This document shows, in pieces, positions 32,691 to 43,926 of a stretch of 64,000 bases of DNA. Below the pieces are notes generated by a model that did not search any database, was not told the DNA's origin, and saw only the letters and a list, made by a program, of their open reading frames with translations. The DNA comes from an uncultured Gammaproteobacteria bacterium (GTDB taxonomy: Bacteria > Pseudomonadota > Gammaproteobacteria > JAURND01). How positions within the stretch are numbered: the first letter of the stretch is position 1; the number at the start of each line of letters is the position of its first letter. The translations under genes were made by a program, and so were the position numbers. The DNA lies in assembly GCA_963714975.1 (NCBI GenBank), contig CAVQQD010000001.1, forward strand, positions 388,136 to 452,135, written 5' to 3'.

Positions 32691-34661
32691 TCATGTGACA
32701 CTACTTCCAAAATGAGTACTGTAAATTTCTCCACCTTTTTCAATCAAATTTTTAGTCTTTTCAATTAACCACACCAGTACAAACGGAGCAGCCACGAGCG
32801 CACAAACCGTTAGCGTATCTTTAAGCGCAAGTAACCCTGTATCCGTATGCAATAACTCTTTTGCCCAGCTGGCCTCTCCCCAAACAGTGAATGGATCCGA
32901 TTGTGCCAACACTAAAGTCAGCAGAAATGCCGCCGCTAGAGCAGATTCGGTATAGGCCGTAACTTTCAACACCCCCAAAGATTTGTATAATGTTTGTAGG
33001 GTATGGTCAGAAAACCAGAAGCAGCTGGGGTTGGCGAATTGTTGCTCCGTGACAGTAGAACGAGTTGGAGAATCCTTTGCTGAAGTTGTTTGTGCTGGTT
33101 GTCCTTGGTCCTGCTTGGTTTCGCTAGGCCCTAAAGACAATAAAGATTCTATTAATTCATTAAGTGGAGTACCCCCAATTTTGTCCCGACAGGTTTTATC
33201 AGCCCCCTGTTCTATCAAAAACTGCACAGCCGTTACATTTCCTTGCTCTGCGGCATAATGTAAAGCAGTGCGCCCATTTTGGGTGCTTTTTTGGTTAACC
33301 TCGACCCCCAAATCTATTAATAGAGAAACCCTACTCCAGTGCGCATTTCTGGCCGCTGCAACTATATCTCGCGCATTCTGCCTGGACTCTCCAAGACGGT
33401 TACGATCAAATACCCCCCGCCAAAAAGCTTTTTCGGCAGGCGAATAAGGAAACGATACTGCTTTTTCATCTGGCGGATTTGGTTTCTGCTCTGGTGGAAG
33501 GGGTAATTCCTCGATGACCGAAGTCTGTGCGCCTAAATACTCTTCAAGCGTTTGAGCATCTGAGTATGAAAGAGATCGGTAAGGCTGATTTTCACAAAGA
33601 TTCTTACCTTTTCCCAACAGATTATTATAATCCAGGTTGATTCTATACGCGGTGCTGCGACCCCGGTTATCTGAATCTTCACTACCACCTATATGGCCAT
33701 GTATTGCCAACACCGAATAATCTTCAATGAATTGATCATCTTGCGGGAATTTGGTTTGCTCCCAGGCCGGCTTTATTATTGGGTGTAACTTCGAGTCTCT
33801 GTACAATGAAAAAGCTTGACAAGCTGGGCCCCATTGTTCTGCCCATGCTGGAGATTGAACTTCTTGCAGAAAACGCTTATTAATTTCTATTCTATTTTTT
33901 ATTATTTTTTCCAGCGAAGACTTGTCTTCTTCTATCCCATAATAAGTTTCCAATAAGGGCTGATTTTCACTAGTGCTGGTTGGCGCATGCGATAAATGAA
34001 TAAACCGTTTTTTGCTGGGGAAGTAAGCGCCACTTAAAATTTCGAGATGCGGAACAAAATGTTTATCCACAAGTTCATTTATTTGTTTAAAACGCCCAGG
34101 ATATTTTATTAGCAATTCTTCTAAGAAATAAAAACTCTTTGCATACATAAGCTCAGGGATGGATTGAGTTTTACCCCCCCTAAAAAGAGCTAAAAATTCC
34201 AAATCATGATTAGAGCCAGAGATTTTATAATCTACCTTGCTTACTCCCAATTTCCACAAAACTTCCAAATTTAAATCATCGCGCCCACAAAATCCTCGAT
34301 CTGCTAATAGATCCCCCAGTAAATGCAACCTATGTGGGGCTGTAACCGTGACATGGTGTTCTAAAATTTCATGGAATCTGTCCGCATCTTTTGCGGACTG
34401 ATCATTCAGCGTTTCGGATCGCTCGCATATTCCGACTATTTCCGCATAATACTCAGAAGAAACTTTAAAAATTCCCTCCTTTACCAAGGAGAAAAAGAAT
34501 TTAAGCGTATTTCCATGCATGTCAGGAAGTATGACCAAGCGACCTTTTGCCTCGGCAATATTCTTTGGGAGCTGTTTTATATTCACCCGCTCTAGCTGTG
34601 CTGCTTCTTCGGCGGCTCTGTAATTTAAACTACTCGATTTTTTTTGGTCCACAATAAACAC
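32691..34661 (-). CDS. WipA/WipB-like PPP phosphatase effector with ankyrin repeats and two C-terminal TM helices
   Basis: PDMHGN, GDLLADRG, SNHD, SHAP, HGH; NGRTALHYAAEQGN...GAD ankyrin; two hydrophobic helices. Confidence 0.8.
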   Translation of the reverse strand: MFIVDQKKSSSLNYRAAEEAAQLERVNIKQLPKNIAEAKGRLVILPDMHGNTLKFFFSLVKEGIFKVSSEYYAEIVGICERSETLNDQSAKDADRFHEILEHHVTVTAPHRLHLLGDLLADRGFCGRDDLNLEVLWKLGVSKVDYKISGSNHDLEFLALFRGGKTQSIPELMYAKSFYFLEELLIKYPGRFKQINELVDKHFVPHLEILSGAYFPSKKRFIHLSHAPTSTSENQPLLETYYGIEEDKSSLEKIIKNRIEINKRFLQEVQSPAWAEQWGPACQAFSLYRDSKLHPIIKPAWEQTKFPQDDQFIEDYSVLAIHGHIGGSEDSDNRGRSTAYRINLDYNNLLGKGKNLCENQPYRSLSYSDAQTLEEYLGAQTSVIEELPLPPEQKPNPPDEKAVSFPYSPAEKAFWRGVFDRNRLGESRQNARDIVAAARNAHWSRVSLLIDLGVEVNQKSTQNGRTALHYAAEQGNVTAVQFLIEQGADKTCRDKIGGTPLNELIESLLSLGPSETKQDQGQPAQTTSAKDSPTRSTVTEQQFANPSCFWFSDHTLQTLYKSLGVLKVTAYTESALAAAFLLTLVLAQSDPFTVWGEASWAKELLHTDTGLLALKDTLTVCALVAAPFVLVWLIEKTKNLIEKGGEIYSTHFGSSVT

Positions 34662-34702
34662 CTCTTTGTAGAATAAAATAACGGCTTAAAGACTAGTATT
34701 CT

Positions 34703-34923
34703 GTAACCATTCACCACAATTTTGCCTCTCCCCTTGTGGGAGAGGCCGCCGCGCCGTAAGGCGCGCGGGTGAGGGGTAAGCAGCAGTTAGCATTTAGCTA
34801 ATAAAAATGCTCTTTGCTGATTCCAAGGTTACCCCTCATCCGCCCTTTCGGGCACCTTCTCCCACAAGGGGAGAAGGATTTTTACGCACAAAGATGGAGA
34901 GTCCATATATGGTGAATGATTAC
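34703..34923. mobile_element. 221-bp MITE carrying a REP doublet, with 8-bp target duplication
   Basis: TIR GTAACCATTCACCA / TGGTGAATGATTAC; AGTATTCT at 34695-34702 and 34924-34931. Confidence 0.85.
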
Positions 34924-34926
34924 AGT

Positions 34927-34959
34927 ATTCTTTCATAAGCACCTTAACTAATTATTAAG
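34927..34959 (-). promoter_or_regulatory. PmrA-like promoter facing the WipA-like gene
   Basis: Minus strand CTTAATAAT-ta-GTTAAGGTG-N7-AAGAAT (weak -10). Confidence 0.55.
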
Positions 34960-35143
34960 TAAAGGGATGTAATTAAAACTGTCCTCCGTAGGGGCTATCC
35001 AATGCACACAACTTCATTGGATAACAGAAGCTACAATCCATGCTACAACAGCACATGGGAACAACGCTATATTCCACCTGTTGACTTAATTCAATCAAAT
35101 GCTATATTAAACCAGGTAATAAACTAGTTTACGGGGGTGGGTT

Positions 35144-35386
35144 GTGTATATTGAAGTTGGTTCTTTTAATGCCAAAGCTCGATTATCAGAGCTTTTACAA
35201 GGGGTTAAGCGTGGGCAGTGTTATACAATTACCTTACGTGGTCGACCAATTGCCGATTTAGTGCCAAGTCATAGCGCTGGACGCCCAAACACCCAAGCGG
35301 CAATAGAAGAAATGCGTAATATTAAGAAAATCCGTGGTGTGTCTGCAGAATCCTTGATGGAATGGATTGAGGAAGGTCGTCAATGA
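35144..35386 (+). CDS. Phd/YefM-family antitoxin
   Basis: FNAKARLSELL...ITLRGRPIADLVP. Confidence 0.9.
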   Translation: MYIEVGSFNAKARLSELLQGVKRGQCYTITLRGRPIADLVPSHSAGRPNTQAAIEEMRNIKKIRGVSAESLMEWIEEGRQ

Positions 35387-35802
35387 AGCTCGTGCTTGAT
35401 GCATCAATGGCTTTAGCATGGCTATTTGAGCGTCAAAAAAAAGAAGAAGTGATTTGTGCAGATCGCGTCTTAGTAGCAATCGCGAATCATGAAACTCTAG
35501 TACCATCTCTTTGGCATATTGCAGTTATAAATGCATTACTTGTTGGCGAGCGTCGTAAAGTAGTCACTGAGGCGCAGGTCATTGATTATCAAAATAAGTT
35601 ATCAATGCTACCCATTACGACGGATAGCGTCACAATAGACAGTCGTTCTGATATAGTCATGGCTCTCGCCCGTGAGCATGAGCTGACTGCTTATGATGCT
35701 ATATATTTAGACTTAGCACTACGCATAGATGCCACACTTGCTACATTTGATAAAAAATTAACTGAAGCAATGCATCGGGCTGGAGGCAAAATCTTTAGTT
35801 AG
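35383..35802 (+). CDS. vapC: VapC PIN toxin; the usual second acidic residue reads as Ala (WHIAV)
   Basis: LVLDASMALAW, AYDAIYL, LATFD. Confidence 0.88.
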   Translation: MKLVLDASMALAWLFERQKKEEVICADRVLVAIANHETLVPSLWHIAVINALLVGERRKVVTEAQVIDYQNKLSMLPITTDSVTIDSRSDIVMALAREHELTAYDAIYLDLALRIDATLATFDKKLTEAMHRAGGKIFS

Positions 35803-35900
35803 GAGCCCCGGAAGCTTGACTTCTATGCCCCTGGGTGTGGTAAAATGTGTACAATTTTTATACAATATCCAAATCAACATCACAATTAGGAGATTTTTAC

Positions 35901-36500
35901 ATGTTAGTATGCAGAAAAGCCCCAGATTTCAGGGCACCCGCCGTATTGGCGGATGGCAAAATTGAGCAAGAATTTCAATTAAGCGATGCTATCCGTGGAA
36001 AGTACGGATTATTGGTTTTCTATCCGCTCGATTTTACCTTTGTCTGTCCTACAGAATTAAGAGCACTACACAATCGCATTAATGAACTCAAAAAGCGTCG
36101 GGTCGAGGTCATTACGATATCTATTGATTCGGTATTTACCCACCAAGCCTGGCGCAATACGCCAGTAGAAAAAGGTGGCATTGGGCCAGTGCAATATACC
36201 ATGGTTGCTGATACCAAACACGATATTTCAAGGGCTTACGGGGTTGAATCCCCTGAAGATGGCGTTGCCTTACGAGGCACCGTCCTCATTGACAAGAAAG
36301 GTATTGTCCAGTTCTTTAGCATTAACGCGCTACCGATTGGCCGCAGTGTCAAAGAAATGCTGCGCTTAATTGATGCCTTACAATTTCATGAAGAAAACGG
36401 TGATGTGTGCCCTGCTGAATGGGAAAAAGGTCGTCCTGGCTTTAAAGCTTCGGCTGAGGGTGTTGCTAGCTTCTTAGCGGCTAATGCTGAAGAGTTATAG
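35901..36500 (+). CDS. 2-Cys peroxiredoxin (AhpC/TSA)
   Basis: FYPLDFTFVCPTE, DVCPAEW. Confidence 0.93.
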   Translation: MLVCRKAPDFRAPAVLADGKIEQEFQLSDAIRGKYGLLVFYPLDFTFVCPTELRALHNRINELKKRRVEVITISIDSVFTHQAWRNTPVEKGGIGPVQYTMVADTKHDISRAYGVESPEDGVALRGTVLIDKKGIVQFFSINALPIGRSVKEMLRLIDALQFHEENGDVCPAEWEKGRPGFKASAEGVASFLAANAEEL

Positions 36501-36520
36501 AGCTGTGATGAAATAGTTCA

Positions 36521-36757
36521 ATGCCTACCATATTAAGAATCAATGGCTATCGCTTTTTCTTTTTTAGTTTGGAAGGCAATGAACCTCCACATGTTCATGT
36601 TGAACAAGACTATAAAACGGCAAAATTTTGGTTAAGTCCCATTAGGTTGGCAAGTTCTTATGCTTTTAGGAGTCACGAGCTAACTGAAATTAGAGAAATC
36701 ATCTTTGAGCATAGTACAAAATTTTTGGAGAAATGGCGTGAGCACTTTAGCTGTTAA
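36521..36757 (+). CDS. DUF4160-like protein
   Basis: MPTILRINGYRFFFFS.E..EPPHVHV...AKFWL. Confidence 0.8.
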   Translation: MPTILRINGYRFFFFSLEGNEPPHVHVEQDYKTAKFWLSPIRLASSYAFRSHELTEIREIIFEHSTKFLEKWREHFSC

Positions 36758-36983
36758 ATTTGATGATCATGCAATTGATGTAACTTTTACAAGAGCGTCC
36801 TTACATTTTGTACTTGCCGATGGCAGGGAAATTTCAGCCCCATTAGAATGGTTTCCAAGGTTACGGGATGCAACTACAGAAAATCGAAATAATTGGCGTT
36901 TTATTGGCAATGGGATCGGAGTACATTGGCCTAACCTTGATGAAGACATTGCTGTCAGCACTTTAATGCGGGGACAGGAATAA
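36738..36983 (+). CDS. DUF2442-like protein, partner of DUF4160 in a putative TA pair
   Basis: LADGREISAPLEWFPRL...GVHWPNLDEDI. Confidence 0.8.
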   Translation: MSTLAVKFDDHAIDVTFTRASLHFVLADGREISAPLEWFPRLRDATTENRNNWRFIGNGIGVHWPNLDEDIAVSTLMRGQE

Positions 36984-37995
36984 TCCGCCAGGTTATTGTT
37001 TCACTCGCCATTAATGGTACTAATTTCTCATCTCCAAAAACCAAAGTCTTGGGCACTTGCCACGGCTGTTTTTCCAGCACGATGGTGTCGATGTTGCGAG
37101 GTAATTGATAAAAATCCGCGGCAAAACAGCTGGCAAATCCTTCTAGCTTATCTAAAGCGCCTGCCTCTTCAAACACTTGGGCATAAAGCTCGATGGCGGC
37201 ATGTGCAGAATAAATCCCCGCACAACCGCAGGCGTTTTCTTTCAACTGTTGGGCATGTGGGGCGCTATCGGTTCCCAGAAAAAATTTAGGATTGCCGCTG
37301 ATTGCTGCTTCGATTAGGGCCAATTGATGCGTGTGGCGTTTTAATATTGGCAGGCAATAATAATGGGGGTGAATTCCTCCCGCCAATAAATCATTTCGAT
37401 TTAATAACAAATGATGCACGGTAATGGTCGCAGCAATTTGCGTAGGCGTTACCGTCACAAATTCTACTGCATCTTGAGTAGTAATATGTTCTAAGACAAT
37501 GCGTAATTGGGGAAAACGCAGGATGATTCGTGCTAAATCCTCCAGAAAATATTTTTCGCGATCAAAAATATCAACCGCAGGATCATTCGATTCTCCATGC
37601 ACGAGTAGCGGAAGATCAACTGCTTCCATCGCCGCTAAAAGTGGGTAGATTTTGTCAATTTTGGTGATTCCAGCGGCAGAATGCGTCGTGACCCCCGCCG
37701 GGTATAGTTTACACCCAACCACTGTACCTGCTGCTTGCGCCTCGTAAATGACCGATTCTGCCATGTTATCGGTAAGATAAAGGGTCATTAAAGGTTGAAA
37801 AGAAAGTTCAGCAGGAACATTGGCCAAAATACGGCGACGATAATCTTCTACCTGTGCCACAGTAGTGATAGGCGGTTTTAAATTCGGCATGATCACTGCT
37901 CGAGCAAAGCGAGCAGCGGCATCAGAGACGGTCGTTCGTAGATATTGACCATCCCTTACATGCAAATGGGCATCATCGGGTTTAGTGAGGCGAAT
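36955..37995 (-). CDS. pyrC: Dihydroorotase type II; start codon uncertain
   Basis: PDDAHLHVRDG, MPNL, KLYPAG, LEHITT, LGTDSAPH. Confidence 0.93.
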   Translation of the reverse strand: MRLTKPDDAHLHVRDGQYLRTTVSDAAARFARAVIMPNLKPPITTVAQVEDYRRRILANVPAELSFQPLMTLYLTDNMAESVIYEAQAAGTVVGCKLYPAGVTTHSAAGITKIDKIYPLLAAMEAVDLPLLVHGESNDPAVDIFDREKYFLEDLARIILRFPQLRIVLEHITTQDAVEFVTVTPTQIAATITVHHLLLNRNDLLAGGIHPHYYCLPILKRHTHQLALIEAAISGNPKFFLGTDSAPHAQQLKENACGCAGIYSAHAAIELYAQVFEEAGALDKLEGFASCFAADFYQLPRNIDTIVLEKQPWQVPKTLVFGDEKLVPLMASETITWRIIPVPALKC

Positions 37996-38014
37996 TTGCG
38001 GGACCTCCCCCTTA

Positions 38015-39700
38015 TTAAAAATAAACACCAATTTGGAAGATAAACTGGTTTTGTGTCGAGCCAAATACTGGCACAGGGCAGAAGGTCGCTGTCCCGCCCC
38101 CGCTAGGATCGCAGATACCACCTGATGTTGTCCCATCCGCATAATTTACGTCGTGTCGATATTCGATCGCTTCAATGGTATTTTTCCAAATCGAAGTGGA
38201 TAAACCAGCAATATAACTATCTTTAGGCAAATTTAAGGCTAGTGATTGCCAGGTGTGATCATAGGCTAGCCATAAAGCAAACGCCTGATCCAATAGCTCG
38301 AAGGTGTAGTCTAGTTCTGTATGTAAAGCGGATGGTTTGGCGCCATGTTCATTAAAGGTTAAATCTTCCTCATCAAAATTTCGCGTTGCCGTGATGTATT
38401 CGCTGACCAATGAGACGGGTCCGAAAGTAACGGCCGCATGAACATCAAAACCGCCCACGGGATAAGTAATGATCTCAGTATCAGGGTGAGCGCCAAAGCC
38501 TTGGAAAAATTGAGAGCTTAGGCCGGTGAGCTGATAACCCTGAGCTTCCGCAATATTGGTGGTATAACCACTGCCAATGTTGGTCTTAAAGAAGCCGCTA
38601 TCAGATGCATACTTATAACCCCCATTCACACCCCACTCGTAGACGTGATTGGCATCAAAACCTTCCTCGGTATTCACTGCACCATTGAGGGCATAGGTAG
38701 AAAGATAGAGTCCCCCTTTATAATAACCTAACACTGCAGCACGGTTATTGATTCTGCCTTCCGAGATGGTGACTGGATTGGAAAGCATATAGGAAGAATA
38801 ATCACCGAAGGGCACGTATTCTTGTCCCATACTAAAATAGACCGGTGATTTATCTAAATTACCAATGGTTAAGAACCCGCGTTTTAAGAATAATCGAGAG
38901 TTATTTATAGGGTTGCCTGAACCGATCGTTGCAGGATTTCGGAGGGGATTATTTTCAAAGTTGATCGACATAAAGCCATAGGCCCAGGGGCTGGCTTCAG
39001 CTAATACATCCAACTCCACCGTGGATAGTTCAATGGAGGTAGAAGCAGGGCCACCAAACGGATCAAAATACAGAAATTGGCTTTCCACCTTGCCACTGAG
39101 AAAGACGCGGGGCCGGGTAGCTGATGGCAAACTTGCTTTTGCGCCTAAAAATCTCTCCAATTCTTGACGTTGCAACAGAAAACGCAGATCTTCATTCATG
39201 GTAGATTGGTTGACTAACAAATCCGAGGCATCATACGCAGAGTGAATATTGAGGATTGGAGAGCTCAACACTGTGGAGCCAATAACGAAATTAATGGCTT
39301 CTTCTTGTTCTTGAAACATTTCCTCTTTTGGCGAGAGTATTTTCTGTTGCGCAACTACGGATGGACTCATACCGGTTGTATAAGCATCAACGGTATTGGT
39401 CTCACGCACGGCTTGATTGGTTGCCACTGTCACCGGTCTTTTTTGTCGCGACACTTTCGGCGTTTTTGCTTGGGCTAAAGAACTCTCTGTGTGCTTCGCC
39501 GATTTGGATTGTTTAACTTTGCGTAATTCTGCTCGCAAGGTACTGATTTCTTCCTGCATTTGTGCAGTCTGCTCAGTTAATTTTTGCAAAGCATTTGCTA
39601 AATCGGCTTCTGACATACTTGCGGAATTTAAGGCCATACTAGAGGTTGGCTCTAACAATAATAAACTTACAACCAGAGAAAATAGTTTGTTATTTTGCAT
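38015..39700 (-). CDS. LbtU-like outer-membrane beta-barrel with an N-terminal coiled coil
   Basis: Signal peptide, coiled coil, TIGNLDKSPVYFSMGQEYVPFG, C-terminal QIGVYF. Confidence 0.75.
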   Translation of the reverse strand: MQNNKLFSLVVSLLLLEPTSSMALNSASMSEADLANALQKLTEQTAQMQEEISTLRAELRKVKQSKSAKHTESSLAQAKTPKVSRQKRPVTVATNQAVRETNTVDAYTTGMSPSVVAQQKILSPKEEMFQEQEEAINFVIGSTVLSSPILNIHSAYDASDLLVNQSTMNEDLRFLLQRQELERFLGAKASLPSATRPRVFLSGKVESQFLYFDPFGGPASTSIELSTVELDVLAEASPWAYGFMSINFENNPLRNPATIGSGNPINNSRLFLKRGFLTIGNLDKSPVYFSMGQEYVPFGDYSSYMLSNPVTISEGRINNRAAVLGYYKGGLYLSTYALNGAVNTEEGFDANHVYEWGVNGGYKYASDSGFFKTNIGSGYTTNIAEAQGYQLTGLSSQFFQGFGAHPDTEIITYPVGGFDVHAAVTFGPVSLVSEYITATRNFDEEDLTFNEHGAKPSALHTELDYTFELLDQAFALWLAYDHTWQSLALNLPKDSYIAGLSTSIWKNTIEAIEYRHDVNYADGTTSGGICDPSGGGTATFCPVPVFGSTQNQFIFQIGVYF

Positions 39701-39850
39701 TCCAAGGCTCCTTATTTTCTTATTAGGAAGGCGGAGGAGGATACTGGTTTCAGTGCGCGATAGCAATTGAATATTCCATTTAACCTGTGATTCAATGTTA
39801 GGCTACGCCCGTGGAATGAATCCACGGGGTCTACAGCAACGGGATTACTA

Positions 39851-40990
39851 ATGCACAACCATTTAGATGAAACACTTCGCCTATTGCGTGAAACGGTAGA
39901 AGCTTGGGCCCAAGCTGAAATTGCGCCACGCGCCGCCGCTATTGATGCGCGAAATGAATTTCCTCGTGACCTATGGCCGAAGTTGGGTCAAATGGGTTTG
40001 CTCGGCATCACTGTGGCCGAAGACTATGGCGGAGCGAATATGGGTTACTTGGCTCATGCTATTGCAATGGAGCAAATTAGTCGCGCCTCCGGTTCAGTGG
40101 GGCTAAGTTACGGCGCACATTCTAATTTATGTGTGAATCAAATTCATCGCTTTGGCTCTGTAACCCAAAAACAACAGTATTTGCCAAAGTTGGTCAGTGG
40201 TGAGCACGTCGGCGCTTTAGCCATGAGCGAAGCTAATTCCGGTTCAGATGTCATGAGCATGCAGTTGCGTGCTAATCGACAGGGGGATCATTATGTTTTA
40301 AATGGCAGCAAAATGTGGATCACCAATGGTCCAGATGCTGACGTGCTTATTGTGTATGCCAAAACCCTCGAAACCAAAAATAATAGTATCACGGCATTTA
40401 TTGTGGAACGAAACTTTTCTGGATTTAGCACTGCGCAAAAATTAGATAAATTGGGGATGCGTGGCTCTAACACTTGTGAACTGGTTTTTCGTGACTGCTG
40501 CGTGCCCATTGAAAATGTTTTGCATGGTGAAAATCAAGGGGTCAAAGTGTTAATGAGTGGGTTGGATTATGAACGGGTCATACTCGCTGCTGGGCCCGTC
40601 GGTCTGATGGCCTGTTGTCTTGATGCGGTTTTACCCTACGTAGCTGAGCGCAAGCAATTTGGAAAAATTATTGGAGAATTTGAATTTATTCAAGGAAAAA
40701 TTGCCGACATCTATGTGAGTTTAAATGCTTCGCAAGCTTATTTATATCAAGTGGCCAAAGCCTGTGATCAAGGCAACATTACTCGTAAAGATGCTGCGGG
40801 TGTTATATTATTTTGCTCGGAACAAGCCACCCGTTGCGCCTTAGAAGCAATCCAATGCTTGGGTGGTAACGGCTATATTAACGACTATCCCACCGGCCGA
40901 TTATTGCGCGACGCCAAGCTCTACGAAATTGGTGCCGGCACTAATGAAATCCGCCGCATGTTAATTGGTAGGGAGCTAATACATGTCTAA
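39851..40990 (+). CDS. Isovaleryl-CoA dehydrogenase
   Basis: [40 protein letters not shown]. Confidence 0.92.
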   Translation: MHNHLDETLRLLRETVEAWAQAEIAPRAAAIDARNEFPRDLWPKLGQMGLLGITVAEDYGGANMGYLAHAIAMEQISRASGSVGLSYGAHSNLCVNQIHRFGSVTQKQQYLPKLVSGEHVGALAMSEANSGSDVMSMQLRANRQGDHYVLNGSKMWITNGPDADVLIVYAKTLETKNNSITAFIVERNFSGFSTAQKLDKLGMRGSNTCELVFRDCCVPIENVLHGENQGVKVLMSGLDYERVILAAGPVGLMACCLDAVLPYVAERKQFGKIIGEFEFIQGKIADIYVSLNASQAYLYQVAKACDQGNITRKDAAGVILFCSEQATRCALEAIQCLGGNGYINDYPTGRLLRDAKLYEIGAGTNEIRRMLIGRELIHV

Positions 40991-42236
40991 AAACACCATT
41001 GTCATTCTCGGTGCAGCACGTACCCCCATGGGTAATTTTCAGGGCTATTTTAAGGATCTACGCGCCCCTGATTTAGGCGCTGTGGCGATCAGAGCGGCGT
41101 ACGAACGCGCCAATGTTCCTGCGGAGGAAGTGGATGAAGTGCTGATGGGTTGCGTATTGACTGCTGGATTAGGTCAGGCTCCAGCCCGCCAAGCGGCTTT
41201 AGCTGCAGCATTACCGACCCAGGTTGGCTGCACCACCATCAATAAAATGTGCGGCTCCGGAATGAAGGCGGTGATGTTAGGGCACGACTCTATCATCGCT
41301 GGCTCTGCAAAGATCATTGTCGCTGGGGGGATGGAAAGTATGAGTCAAGCTCCTTATTTATTACCTAAGGCGCGGGCAGGCTATCGCCTCGGGCATTATA
41401 GCGTGATTGACCATATGTTCTTTGATGGTCTAGAAGATGCCTATGACCGGGGAAGATTAATGGGCGCCTTTGCCGAAGACTGTGCGCAACACTATGGCTT
41501 CACCCGCCAAGCACAAGATGACTATGCCCGCTTGTCTATCACTAGGGCTCAACAAGCGGCCGCGCAGGGAAATTTTCCTGAGGAAATTGCTGCTGTCACT
41601 GTTCATGACCGACAAGGGCCGACGCTCATTACCCAAGACGAGGGACCCTTAACGGCGCGCCTAGAAAAAATTCCACAATTAAAACCAGCGTTTTTAGCCA
41701 ACGGCACAGTTACCCCGGCAAATTCTGCTTCAATTTCTGATGGTGCGGCTGCCCTGACGTTAATGAGTCAAATGGAAGCGCAAAGGCGTGGCTTGGCGCC
41801 CTTAGCCACTATTGTAGGACATAGCAGCCATGCCCAGGCTCCTGGGTTATTTACCACCGCGCCGATTTATGCGATCCAAAAGTTGCTGGCAAAAATTGGC
41901 TGGTCTTTTGAGGATGTGGATCTCTGGGAGATTAATGAGGCTTTTGCGGTGGTGGTGATGGCTGCCTTGCGTGATCTTTCCTTACCTTTGGAAAAAGTGA
42001 ATGTGCATGGCGGCGCCTGTATTTTAGGGCACCCGATAGGCGCTTCTGGAGCTCGCATTTTGGTTACCTTGCTTTATGCACTCCAAAAATACAACCTACG
42101 ACGTGGCATTGCAGCAATTTGCATTGGCGGCGGCGAAGCAACGGCCCTGGCAATAGAGCGTAATTCCCTCACCCCTCATCCGCCTTCGGCACCTTCTCCC
42201 ACAAGGGGAGAAGGGATAATAAGGAAATTGCGATGA
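40983..42236 (+). CDS. Acetyl-CoA C-acyltransferase (thiolase) with a REP-derived C-terminal tail
   Basis: [24 protein letters not shown]. Confidence 0.93.
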   Translation: MSKNTIVILGAARTPMGNFQGYFKDLRAPDLGAVAIRAAYERANVPAEEVDEVLMGCVLTAGLGQAPARQAALAAALPTQVGCTTINKMCGSGMKAVMLGHDSIIAGSAKIIVAGGMESMSQAPYLLPKARAGYRLGHYSVIDHMFFDGLEDAYDRGRLMGAFAEDCAQHYGFTRQAQDDYARLSITRAQQAAAQGNFPEEIAAVTVHDRQGPTLITQDEGPLTARLEKIPQLKPAFLANGTVTPANSASISDGAAALTLMSQMEAQRRGLAPLATIVGHSSHAQAPGLFTTAPIYAIQKLLAKIGWSFEDVDLWEINEAFAVVVMAALRDLSLPLEKVNVHGGACILGHPIGASGARILVTLLYALQKYNLRRGIAAICIGGGEATALAIERNSLTPHPPSAPSPTRGEGIIRKLR

Positions 42237-43846
42237 CGGTACTTACCAGTTCTATTAATCCGCACAGCGAATTGTTTAGGGAAAATTCCGCCTCTATGCG
42301 GGGTTTGGTAGCAGACCTACAAGCAAAACTACAGGAGATCGCGCTCGGCGGGGGTGAATCTTCGCGCCAACGTCATCTGGCCCAAGGCAAGTTATTAGCC
42401 CGGGATCGGGTCGATGCCGTGTTAGACCCGGGCTCGGCATTCTTGGAGCTCTCGCAACTGGCAGGCTATCAGCTCTATGACGAGCCAGTGCCTGCTGGCG
42501 GTTTAATTACTGGAATTGGTTCTATCATGGGCCAAGAGTGTATGTTGATAGTCAACGATGCTACCGTAAAAGGTGGCACTTATTATCCGGTCACGATTAA
42601 AAAGCATTTACGTGCCCAAGAAATCGCCCAAATGAATCGCCTGCCTTGCCTGTATCTAGTCGATTCAGGCGGGGCATTTTTGCCTAAGCAAGACGAGGTT
42701 TTTCCCGATAAAGAACACTTTGGCCGGATCTTTTTTAACCAAGCCGTCATGTCAGCGCAAGGAATCCCGCAAATTGCGGTGGTGATGGGCTCCTGCACGG
42801 CGGGTGGTGCTTATGTGCCCGCCATGGCTGATACTACGATCATGGTGAAAGACCAGGCCACGATTTTCTTGGGTGGACCCCCTTTGGTTAAAGCGGCGAC
42901 TGGGGAGGTGGTAAGTGCTGAAGAATTGGGTGGCGCCGAAGTACATTGTCGAACCTCGGGAGTGGCCGATTATTATGCGCAAAATGATCACCATGCTTTG
43001 CAGCTAGCGAGGCAGGCGATCGCCAATCTGAATCGCAGCAAAGAAGCTAGAGCTAGCTTGGCCCTACGCTCGATAATCGAGCCTTGCTATGCTAGCGAAG
43101 AGTTATATGGGGTAGTAAATGTTAATCCCCGTCAGCCCTATGATGTGCGGGAAGTGATTGCACGGCTTGTCGATGGGTCAGAATGGGATGAATTTAAGGC
43201 CTTGTATGCAACGACTCTCGTGTGTGGCTTTGCGCACATTTATGGCTATCCGGTGGGCATTATTGCTAATAATGGCATTTTGTTTTCTGAATCAGCCCTG
43301 AAAGGAACGCATTTTATTCAATTGTGTGCGCAGCGCAAAATTCCCTTGGTTTTCCTGCAAAATATCACGGGATTTATGGTGGGGAAAAAATATGAAGCCC
43401 AGGGCATTGCTAAAGATGGGGCTAAATTGGTGATGGCGGTAGCTTGTGCGCAAGTACCAAAATTTACGGTGATTATTGGTGGCAGCTTTGGGGCGGGTAA
43501 TTATGCCATGTGCGGACGGGCCTATGATCCGCGGTTTTTATGGCTGTGGCCCAATGCACGTATTTCCGTGATGGGTGGCGAACAAGCGGCGCAGGTGCTA
43601 GCTCAAGTCAATCAAGAGAAAAAAACCCGCCTAGGCCAGACTTATGATCCGGCTGCTGACGTCGCCCTGATGCAGAAAATTCGCGAACAATATGAACAAC
43701 AAGGACACCCCTACTATTCTAGTGCTCGCCTGTGGGACGATGGCATTATTGATCCCATTGATACCCGGCGCGTATTAGGCCTAAGCATCGCCGCCGCCTT
43801 GAATGCACCCATTGTTGATTCGCGCTTTGGTGTTTTTAGGATGTGA
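42233..43846 (+). CDS. 3-methylcrotonyl-CoA carboxylase carboxyltransferase subunit
   Basis: [31 protein letters not shown]. Confidence 0.93.
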   Translation: MTVLTSSINPHSELFRENSASMRGLVADLQAKLQEIALGGGESSRQRHLAQGKLLARDRVDAVLDPGSAFLELSQLAGYQLYDEPVPAGGLITGIGSIMGQECMLIVNDATVKGGTYYPVTIKKHLRAQEIAQMNRLPCLYLVDSGGAFLPKQDEVFPDKEHFGRIFFNQAVMSAQGIPQIAVVMGSCTAGGAYVPAMADTTIMVKDQATIFLGGPPLVKAATGEVVSAEELGGAEVHCRTSGVADYYAQNDHHALQLARQAIANLNRSKEARASLALRSIIEPCYASEELYGVVNVNPRQPYDVREVIARLVDGSEWDEFKALYATTLVCGFAHIYGYPVGIIANNGILFSESALKGTHFIQLCAQRKIPLVFLQNITGFMVGKKYEAQGIAKDGAKLVMAVACAQVPKFTVIIGGSFGAGNYAMCGRAYDPRFLWLWPNARISVMGGEQAAQVLAQVNQEKKTRLGQTYDPAADVALMQKIREQYEQQGHPYYSSARLWDDGIIDPIDTRRVLGLSIAAALNAPIVDSRFGVFRM

Positions 43847-43926
43847 GGTAGTAACCCCGGCCCTGTATTCACGCTCAAATCTTGATGTTAGAATGAAGCA
43901 GCATTTTAAATCCCGGAGAATAGGCC

